Origin: Balanoglossus misakiensis
Lineage: Eukaryota > Animalia > Hemichordata
Length of the DNA: 64,000 bases
Reading direction: 5' to 3'
Assembly: GCA_040954595.2 (NCBI GenBank)
Contig: CM082578.2
Location: forward strand, 1,594,831 to 1,658,830
Shown: in pieces, positions 53,728-64,000 of the stretch
Position numbering within the stretch: position 1 is the first letter of the stretch
Layout: each line of letters begins with the position of its first letter
Position numbers and translations under genes: made by a program
The notes under the pieces: generated by a model
The model's input: the letters and a program-made list of their open reading frames with translations, nothing else
The model's database searches: none
Told to the model about the DNA's origin: nothing

Positions 53728-54245
53728 ACGTGTTTGAAGTAAGACTGGGATTTGGTTTCGGATTCAGTGTCGGATTCGGAATCGGTTTTGAGAGACTGAA
53801 AGTAGTTAAGCATTTTGGAGCGGTCATTGTGGTTTGGCATATGCAGTACGAGTATGAAAATTACTTTGCTAAAACACGAATAAATTTGATTTAGTCTGTA
53901 CTTGTTATATGTATGACATTTTTCTCACCCAAACAATGTTTATTTAAGCCGGGAATTACAAAATGTTATCAATTTATCAGCGAAGTATGTTTTCCGATGA
54001 TAAAATATGTATTAAGCTATTGACGATGTGGAAAAAACAGTGATTATGTGCCGAAAATATCATACGTAACATGTCGAGAGAGTGTGATCAAATATATGTT
54101 AATTTTTTTACAGAGTTATTTTCACACTCGTACTGAAGATGCCAAACCGCGATGGTCGCCCGAAAATGCTTAACTACTTTCAGTCTCTCGAACCCGAATC
54201 CAAAACTGCATTCGAATCCGAAACCGACACTAATTTCAGCATCGT
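53728..54245. mobile_element. Mutator-like MITE with 9-bp TSD
   Basis: acaagatca on both sides; IR gagagactgaaagtagttaagcatttt / aaaatgcttaactactttcagtctctc, with ttcgga/tccgaa subrepeats. Confidence 0.75.
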
Positions 54246-56738
54246 ACAAGATCAAGAAAATAACGCAGGAGTTTTGTCTGGTAGGTAGATGTATTTGTGG
54301 TTGTGGATAGTATGTGGTAGATAATATTGTTGTAAATGAATTATTTCAGATGGCGACATAGGTAGGGCTTGGTATTGCAGCATGTTGTGGTTCGGAAAGT
54401 GGGCCGAGTTCGCGGATTCGATTAGTGGAGTTGTGGAGTGTGAAATTTCAAGATGGCGGCTATGCTATGTAGGAGTGGTCATAGTCAGTGCACGTATTCC
54501 CGTTGTTTATTACAACATGTGCAATGTGCTGAGATAAGAATGACTACATAAGAGAACTGACCAAGAGCGGAAACTTATAATATGAGGAGTGATTTGCAGC
54601 AAACCGTGACCCGTGAGTATTTGGGCAAGTTGTGTTCAATAACGGGAGTGTAAATTAGTAAGACATGATGACGCTCGGCAAACATGTTGGTGAAGTGTTA
54701 GACTGAAATCATCGAATGGCCCAATAGATGATAAACACGTCGCAGTCTTGGCTGTGCGGTGTTCACACATAGCGTGTGTGTAGTGTGTTTGACAGATTTG
54801 AAGCACATATTGACTCATGAATGTAAATGTTGACATTGAATAATTAAATATGTTCAGTATGGTCGCCGCGGGTCGCGTGCATCGGGCACTGTCAGGTCGC
54901 GACGAAAACGAAAAGGTCGCGAGTATTGCTATTGGTCCCTGTGATGCACGCGTTTTGGTGTGAGAAATTGTCTGTTTTGGTGGAAATCAAACACATTGCC
55001 CAAAACCAGTCGCGCGTTTTGGACTGACCGTGTGCTGCGTGTTACATTGGGTCCACAGCTGATGCAGTCGAGTGGGTTCCGCGATCGCGCGGGACCACAC
55101 ACTTAATGACTTATGAGAACGGTTTCAAAGTCGCTGTCACGGTCGCGAGTATTAATGGCGTCGATCGATATTAAAATTATAGTCTTCGAAACTCCCGAAA
55201 TTGTCATCATTGTTGATGTCGCCGTTATGAAAATGTGTACTGAAGAATTGCATGTCGTCAGTGTTTTCAGAGTAAGGAAAGGTCGCATACTGGCGAAGGT
55301 CTCGTAAATAGGGCAGGTCGATAACACTTTACAGCGTGCTCATGAATGTGTATAACTATAAGCTCATTAATGTATGTAATTTATAAGTTATAGATTGGCG
55401 ATGTTGTTGATTTAAGTATTTTGTGAAGACTAGTATTGTATTATTGGTGTGCGAAGAGGGAATTTCTGTGAATAATATTTGGCTGAAATAGAGGGAATAC
55501 ATACAAATGCGTATCGGTCGCCATATGCTAGAGTGTGGAGCAATATTCTCATGCAGAAAAGAAGTGGAAAGGTTTAAGTGTGCAAATGATATAAATATAT
55601 GTATGTGTCATGTTCATGTGCACGTGGCTATATTACCAATAATAATAATTTATTATTCCTTATGTTGCAGTTGTGGGCAAAGATATTTCAGGGTAAGTGA
55701 TGTTAGTCATTATATGTGGAGAGTGGTTTAAGTCTAAAGAGAGTGTGTTGGAGTGTGTATTACAAATTTGTTGTGGTTGTTATTAACTGCTGGTGGGGCG
55801 AAGTACTAATTGTCAACAGGTGAAATCCAAGGTGCAATTGTTATGTGGAGATGAAGGAAATGCACCAAAAAACATTTGTTGTATAAAAGTGGTTGTCTGT
55901 CTTGTTGTGCACAGAATTTGTGATGATTGATTTCAGGTGTTGGGGAAGTTGTAGGTGTGTTTCATTGTAACATAATATGTAAAAAAGTGATATGTACCAA
56001 ACGAGTGGGATGAGTGGGAAAAGGTATGATTTGATGTATGTAGTCACATTGTTTAAGTTAAAGTGGTGCAAAAATGTAATTTGAGGTGGAAGGTATGAGG
56101 AATATTACAGAGGAAGCTGTGCTAGTAATACTATGACATTATTACATGTATAGTGCAAAGCATAGGTGGCGTAAAACCACTGACTGTAGCCTGATATAAC
56201 ATTTAAAGAGGAACTAAAGGTGAGAAACTGCAGAAGTCATGGACGGGCGCCAATGATTGTTCAGCTGACAATGTCACCCTCAAGAACAACGGTGGCAGTT
56301 CAATAAGTGGATTTAATCGATGCTTCAAACATGACAATTGAAGATTACACACAGCGATTACAAAAATCTCACTGTTAAGTCATGAAAAAGAAGTGTTTTG
56401 GAGCTTGGCAACTACCGAAAACAACAACCCAATGTAATTGTCTGTTAGCATGGTCAAAGGTTATGAGTCGCAAAGTGACATTTCTGATTGGATGACTGGT
56501 ATATGAACGTAAATTTAAAATACTAGTAAGTTACTTGTCTCAAATCACAAGCTCAGCTATGGCTGAGTATTGTTATTAGTAAGTGCAAGCTGTAATATTA
56601 AGTGTTTTAGTTTGTCTGTGACATTTCCAATGAAGAATATTGTAATTTGGCGACATAGCTGAAATGGATGACGTATGGACTTCAGAGGGAGAAGTTGTAA
56701 AGGTGTCTGTTATAATATTATTTTCAAATTTGTTTCAG

Positions 56739-59700
56739 ATGCCACGTAAGAAAAGCTGGAAGAAGAGTGCTGTGCGGAAGAAGCGGTTGGGTTTGGGTTG
56801 CGTCCCACCAACTACTGGAATTGTCACTCAGGGCCAATCTGTCCTGTTTGACCAAAATGACACTATTAAAACGGATAATGAATCTGGAAATTATGTCCCT
56901 CGGGACCTTATGAACTTGGACAATGAATCTGGAAATTATGTCCCTCGGGACCTTATGAACGTGGATAATGAATGTGGAAATAATGTGCCTTTGGGCTGTT
57001 TGAACTTGGATAGGGAATATGGAAATTATGGGGTTCGGGACCCCTTGGACCTTGATAATGAAGCTGGTCATTTTGTCACTGGAGACACTAGAAGCATCAA
57101 AAATGAGTCAAAAAATGATATTCTTTGTAATGAACGTGGACATAAGAATACTGACAATGACAGTGGTTCAACTGTCCCTATATATAAAGAAGAAATTGCA
57201 GAGCTTCATGATTTGAATAAAGTCATTTGTAATAAAGAGGAAGTTAAAAATGATGCACATTGTCACAAGGTGTTTAACATTGCAAGTGTTCCCTTGAACA
57301 CCTCAACTGTTTCAACAATATCGGTACAAGGCAATTTTCACCAGGGTCATGGACAGTTTGGACAACACAGTGGCAAACAGTGTGTTGCTAACAGTTTTGT
57401 TTCTGTATTATATAGTAAAGCTAAAAATCTTGATATGTGGAATTCATCTGATCTGGATACAATACTACAAACAGGAAATGAATTGTATGGCTTGCTGCAG
57501 CAGTCAAGTACAATGAATGATGTATATCTTTTAGTCACGGAGTTACCACAGTCAATAGAATTATTTGGCCTAAGGTTTGAATTGAGTATCGCGCAATCTG
57601 CAACAGGTTTATTACGTGGTGATGGCAATATAGAATACTGTTTGGTATCGTTTGCAGAGGCAATCATGACATGTGTAACAAAATATGATGCATGTTTTGT
57701 TAATTTCGGAGGAGCTGTGGTCACTGTGTTGAAGACCAACAATATGTATTATGTATTTGACAGCCATTCAAGAGACTCAAAGGGTATGGTTGCAGCTGAT
57801 GGTAAAAGTGTACTTGTACCACTCAGCAATATCGAGTTAGTCTATGAACATTGCTGTAAATTAGCAGTTTCAATGAATGTTGGTATGAGTGAACAGTTTG
57901 AAGTTACTGGAATTAATGTTGCTGTTTACTCTGACAATGTGCAGAATGAAGACAACTCAGAAACACAGAGTGATGAAGTTGTTATAGTTGGAAGTGAAAA
58001 GATTCCTCTGTTATATAGTCCTTTAACTTGTGAAGTTCGGGAATCCTTGTGCAGTCAACTTGGTATACAGAATGAAAATAACATGGATGCTTATGTTCAT
58101 GAAAGTGGTGAACTTGGTGAACCATGCAAAACTAAACCTATTAAAGGAGATGGCAACTGTTTTTTCCGAGCTGTGTCGTACGCAGTCTCTGGTACTGAGA
58201 AGAACCATAAGATGATACGATCGGCTGTAGTTTGTCATTTAAAAGAGAATGGTGCTGTGTTTTATAGGCATTTACGATCAGGGTATCAATCAGTTGATGA
58301 GTATCTCAAGACAACTCGTATGGAGTGTTTGGGTACATGGGCAACAGAAGTAGAGATTCTAGCAACAGCTGACCTGTTGAAAAGTGATGTATGTACTTTC
58401 ACGACAGGGAGGTGGGTGAAATATTCTAACGTTCAAGTTGACAAGAACAGCGTAAATACTGGTAAATGTATATTCCTGAAACACTGTATGGATGTACACT
58501 ATGAAGTTGTACAATGTGTTAAGCCTATAGATGTTCTCCCGTATGAATGCAGTCATAATTGTAAGACTACATTACAAATTAGACCAAGCGTTGATGGCAG
58601 TGATAGCATCGGTGAACGTATGAGAAGTTTATCAACTGATATGAATGAAATACCAGTCACTGGACATTGCTATGATGAAAGAAGAGCACATAAACGTAAA
58701 AGGGATGAAACCAAGGTATGCATAGTATCTGTTGATCAATCTTGTACCACGATAGCAGAGAGACTGTTGAAGAGGAAACGATCATGTGCTCCACCTGCAC
58801 ATAGTAGTATTATGAATGAGGAAAGGAAACGTACAGCGCATAAGAAATACTGGACTAACTTGGAATTTCGTACCAGGAAAAAAAATAGTGTCAACAGTTT
58901 GTATAAAGAGAATGCTGTTGACAAAAAAGCAAAAGTTAAACAAATGTATAATGACAATAAGTATTATAAGCAAAGTAAGAAGGCACACAGTATAGCAAAG
59001 TATAAGGGGAACGAATTGCACAGGCAAGACGTAAAGAGAAGAAGTGTTGCAAAGTATGAGGAGAATCAGTTCCATAGAGAAGATGTAAAGAGACGAAGTA
59101 TTGCAAAGTATGAAGGGAATGAGTCTCACAGAGCAGCTGTGAAGGCAAGATACATCGAAAAATACAAGAAAAGTGCAACATACAGGGAGGAGACTAAATC
59201 GAAAGTGTATCATTCTAGACTATCCAGAGCAAATGCTCAAAAGGATATACAAAACGTGTTGTGTATGTTTCAGAATGAAATAAGTGATGGTCCAAATTAT
59301 ATCTGTTCAGTTTGCTTTCGACTTCTTTTCAGAAATCAAGTGATACTGTGCAAAAGAGACATGTATGCACAAAAAGGGGGCGCTGTACAAAACATTGCAA
59401 ATAAGTGTTTTGACTTCCACAACTGCACACAATTGTGTGATAACGACTGTTTGTATTTGAGACAGAAACAGCAACAATTGTGGATATGTTTTACTTGTCA
59501 CCGGAAGTTGTTGAATGGGAAAATGCCTGCAGAAGCTGCAGCAAATAATCTTCATGTAATCAGTATTCCAAAGGAATTGAAATGCTTAAATTCACTAGAA
59601 CAACATTTGATTGCATTGCACATTCCTTTCATGAAAATGTTAGCTTTACCAAAAGGTGGACAGAATGGAGTGCACGGACCAGTGGTTTGTGTTCCTTCTA

Positions 59701-62700
59701 GTGTGGGAAAAGGTACATATGTTTTACCACGTCAAGAGTCAGATGACCAAATGATAAGAGTCAAGTTGAAACGGAAACTGACTTATAAAGGTCACTATGA
59801 ATTTCAATATGTGAATGACTTGAAAATTAGAAATGCAATTGAATATCTTACTGTCAATAACAAGTGGTACAGTGATATTTGTTTCAATAAAGAATGGAAG
59901 AATCCCCTAGCAGAAATGGAAGAACAAAATGGATGTATTTCTGAGGGTAAATATACACAAAATGGCACAAATGTAACTAACAGAGAATTACAGGATGTTG
60001 CTGGCAATGTGGAAATGGAGAATCATACTGATGGAGGACAGAAGGAATTAGAGGATGATACTGGAAATGTACAGTCACAGGATAATATTGAGAAGACGGA
60101 ATCAGAGCATGGTGAAAAGAATAGTGAAGAAGAGAATGAAACATATACTGAAGAACAACAAGGGATGTTTATGGACACATGTCTTCAACCTGTAGACATA
60201 GGACAGGAAGTTCTCGATCAACATTTTGACAAAATCTATTCTGTTGCACCTGCTGAAAAGAATAAGCCTGTTGCAATTTTGTCAGATGAGAGTAATGAAG
60301 CTAAATCTTTCCCTGTATTGTATCCCATTGGGTCACCAACTTTCCATGATAATCGTGAAGTGAGAATAACACTTGCTCGATATCTTCACACTCGATTGAT
60401 GAATGCAGATAGTAGATTTGCCCAAAACACAGATTTCATATTTTATTCTCAGTTTTTGTCAGAAATGCAACAAGTTCTGTCAAATGTGTCAATTGCAATG
60501 CGTAAAGGGTCAAGCAGAACCTGCACAGGAAAGGTAACAGCAGCAACTCTGAGAGATGAGCAATCATTGAAGAAGATTTTAAATTATGATGAGGGTTACA
60601 AATTTTTGAAACCAATTCGAGGAACACCACCTTTTTGGCAGAGTGCACAGAAAGATCTTTTTGCAATGGTTAGGCAGCTTGGAATACCAACATGGTTTTG
60701 CTCATTTTCATCAGCAGACATGAGATGGCCTGAGATGATTAATAGTATTCTGGAAGCAGAAGGTGATAGTCGTAGAGCTGAACAGTTAGATTGGTCAGAG
60801 AAGTGTGCTGTATTGAGGAGAAACCCTGTGACAGCTGCTCGAATGTTTGATAGGAGATTTCATTTCTTTTTGACACATGTTATTTTGTCTCCAGCAGAAC
60901 CAATTGGTCAAATTGAAGATTATTTTTATCGAGTTGAATTTCAGCAACGTGGGTCACCACATACACATTGTCTCTTTTGGGTGAAAGATGCACCAATAGT
61001 TGATAAAAATGATGATGATGAAGTGACTGCATTTGTTGATAAGTATGTGACTTGTGCAATGCCATCTGAAGACAATGATGAGGAACTGTACGAAATTGTA
61101 AACAGTGTTCAGAAACATAGTACACGACACTCAAAGTCTTGTAGAAAGCAGGGGACTGAATGTAGGTTCAACTTTCCGCGACCGCCTTCTGAAGACACTT
61201 TTATTGCACGATGTGATACTGATGATAAATCCACTGACAATATGGAAAAGGTAGATGGGGACAAGGAGACTGAGATCAATTCTAATTGTCATGAGAGTTC
61301 TGAATGTTGTGAGAGAGTTGATGTGAATACAGACAAAGTAGAAGACATGAGTAAAGCTGAAGCCAAGAAAATTCTCACACAAATTTGGACTACACTTTTA
61401 CATTCTGGAAATAATTTTGCAACAGTAGAATCACTGTTTCATAGCATTGGACTTACACAGGATCTGTTTGAGAGAGCATGTAGTGTACTAACTAAGAAAA
61501 CCAGTGTCGTCTTGAAGAGGCAAACAAGTGATGTGTGGGTAAATCAATATAATGGAGATTTGTTGCGATGTTGGAACGCTAATATGGACATACAATTTGT
61601 GGTAGACGCATATAGTTGCATTGTGTACATCATAAGCTACATATCTAAAGCAGAAAGAGAGATGGGATTGTTGTTGGAACATGCACAGAAAGAAGCTTCC
61701 AAACAGGATAATGTAGATGCTAAGGAAGCCCTGAAGGAATTGGGATTTGTGTATCTGACAAATTGAGAGGTTAGTGCTCAAGAAGCAGTGTATAGGGTTT
61801 GTAACTTGAGGTTGAAAGAAGGATCTAGAAAAGTTCAGTTTATCCCAACAGGGGACAATCCCACAAGAATGAGTTTACCTCTTGAAGTTTTACAAATGAA
61901 AAGTGAAAGTGGTGATTTTGACGAGGAGGATATTTGGATGACAAGCATGGTAGATCGTTATAAGAACAGGCCCGATGGAGATTCCTTTGATAAAATGTGT
62001 CAAGCTGCATTTGTTTCAGAGTTTAGAGTCATGTCATCATCTGAGGTATCGAATACATCCTCAAAGAAGAATGTAGCTGTACTAAAAAATGGTCTTGGTT
62101 TCATGAAGAGAAGAACTCAAACAGCTCCAGCAGTGGTCAGGTATGCAAGGTTTTCACCTGTCAAACAGCCAGAGAAATATTATCAAAGTATTCTGCAGTT
62201 GTTCTTGCCTTTTCGCATTGATACCCAATTGAAACCTGACAAGTTTGACTCATTTGAAGATTTTTATAACACTGGTGGAGTCAAGTTTGGTGCAGAAGGT
62301 GTAGTAACTGTGAAAGAAATAGTGCAAAGAAATAGAGCTGTATTTGAGAAAGAAGCTGATGTGCTGGATTCAGCCGAGGAAATACTTCGAACAAGTGATA
62401 ATTTGGAAGATGCATGGGCACAAATTCATCCTTCAACTGAAATGGATAGATTGGAGAGTGAACAAGAAAGGAAAGATGATCCTATGGAAAATGAAAATGA
62501 AAGTGATGAATCTATGCCAGATTTGCTGAAAAAAGACAAGAAAATGTCTGCTGGTGCAGTCCATCACCATTGTGGAATGTCAAGAAGTGAAGCTGTGGTA
62601 TTGATGAGATCTTTAAACAAGAGACAGCGAGAAATATTTTACTGGGTAAGACAATGGTGTCTGAAGAAGGTTACTGGAAATATTGTGGGTTCTTTTCACA

Positions 62701-64000
62701 TATTTGTAACTGGTGGTGCAGGTACAGGGAAATCTCATTTAATCAAAGCTGTGTACTATGAAGCATCAAGAATTCTGGCACGTATTGTACTAAATCCACA
62801 TGATGTCTGTGTTCTTCTCACTGCACCGACAGGTGTAGCTGCATTTAATATAGGTGCAACTACTATACATAGTACCTTCTCAATACCTATCGATGCCAAA
62901 CTGCCATACCAACCACTTGGACAAGAGAAAATTAATACATTGAGAGCAAAGCTTGGTAATCTGCAAATTCTCATTATTGATGAGATATCAATGGTTGATA
63001 AGAAACTACTGAGTTATGTTCATGGGAGATTGAGGCAAATCAAACAAACTGGTGATCAGTGCCCATTTGGTGGTGTATCAGTAATTGCTGTTGGTGATTT
63101 CTACCAATTATCTCCAGTAAAAGGAAAGGCATTGTACATGGACAATGAGGGTGTTGATCTGTGGAATGACTACTTTGTCATTGCTGAACTTACTGACATT
63201 GTGAGACAGCAAGACCCAGAATTTGCCAGAGCTTTAAATGTTATCCGTAAGAGAGAGAAATCAGAAGACTTGGATGCTGGCATAATTGACATGCTACATA
63301 AGTGTGAAACTGGTGAGGAGAGTACTGGAATTCACATTTTTGCACGAAACAAAGATGTTAACGAATGTAATATCACAAAACTTCACTCTATTTGTTCAGA
63401 TGTACCAATAATGTCCATCGATGCACAGGATTTCCGCAGAGATCCAAAAACAAAGAAACTAATCAAAATAAATGGCCACCACAGTAAACTGTACAATACA
63501 AATTTGCCAAAAAGTGTGACATTGGCTGTAGGTGCTCGTGTCATGTTAACAAGTAACATTGATGTGGCTGATGGCCTAGTAAATGGTGTTTTTGGCACTG
63601 TTTCTTATATATATGTGAAGCCCGGTGAGACTTTCCCATCTACTGTATATGTTCGTTTTGACAATGACCAAATTGGTACAAAACTTCGCAGTCACACAGA
63701 GACATTGACATCAATACCCGAAAGAAGTACACCAATCAAGTGTGAGGAAGATAGAGTGAATAATTGTGGCAGTATTAGACGACAATTTCCATTGAAACTT
63801 GCTTGGGCAAGCACGGTGCATAAGGTACAAGGTTTAACTGTAGAGGAAACTGTAGTATCATTGCACAAAATATTTCAGCCCGGACAAGCTTATGTGGCGT
63901 TAAGTCGAGTAAAATCTCTAAGTGGGCTTAGTATAAAAGATTTCGACGAATCTGCTATATACTGCAATAGCAAAATCAGTGGTGTGTTATCATGCATGCC
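56739..64000 (+). pseudogene. Helentron RepHel polyprotein (tegument-type DUB, OTU, Zn finger, HUH Rep, PIF1 helicase) with one in-frame TGA
   Basis: ATG follows acceptor tttgtttcAG. Motifs: QG.FHQG..GKQC..FDSH; [17 protein letters not shown]; [14 protein letters not shown]; YIISYISK. After TGA (61764-61766) the same frame gives EVSAQEAVYR, GGAGTGKS (62712), IIDEISMV, RRQFPLKLAWASTVHKVQG and GQAYVALSR. Confidence 0.95.
56874..57075 (+). repeat. 45-bp (15-aa) coding tandem repeat in the RepHel N-terminus
   Basis: [15 protein letters not shown]-like unit, ~5 progressively degenerate copies. Confidence 0.85.

Larger units (their letters stand above)
41696..64000 (+). mobile_element. Helentron/Helitron2-type rolling-circle transposon, >22 kb, runs off the right edge
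   Basis: Terminus aaaatatagctgtgaacagcaataagcggg with palindrome gctgt-ga-acagc after an (aat)n tract; subterminal tandem array; uniform G/T-skewed interior; RPA-like gene and RepHel on the same strand. The left boundary is inferred. Confidence 0.75.

Noticed and set aside
55671-55692. Possible 22-nt 5' UTR exon of RepHel
   Set aside because: Splice signals look plausible, but it is too short to support without transcript data.
42722-56071. Many short His/Thr- or Val/Cys-rich ORFs
   Set aside because: By-products of the G/T skew; only the three RPA-like exons have coherent motifs and splice phases.
56664-56738. ORF-track N-terminal extension of RepHel
   Set aside because: Ends in a polypyrimidine-AG acceptor immediately before ATG 56739; probably intronic.

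Overview
Eukaryotic (animal, probably marine invertebrate; inference) genomic DNA that is almost entirely repeats and transposons. Left to right: an ~86-bp satellite array (1-6.2 kb); minisatellites and a field of Helentron-associated (HINE-like) modular repeats; a ~4-kb direct segmental duplication (15.5-19.3 kb vs 20.5-24.2 kb); many MITEs with readable TIRs and TSDs; a complete 5.7-kb PHIS/Harbinger-superfamily element with AAT TSD and two damaged divergent genes; the last coding exon of a UBE2J1-like gene (minus strand). That gene's last intron holds a spliced Harbinger transposon, which is interrupted by a >22-kb Helentron-type rolling-circle element. The Helentron carries a 3-exon RPA70-like OB-fold gene and a giant RepHel ORF with two deubiquitinase domains. 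The most unusual signal is a minus-strand series of short GT-AG exons (25.1, 24.1, 23.5, 19.1 and 17.9 kb). Neighbouring exons are complementary, so splicing would assemble a long hairpin with its apex at the exon junction. All calls are by eye; no database searches or folding programs were run.
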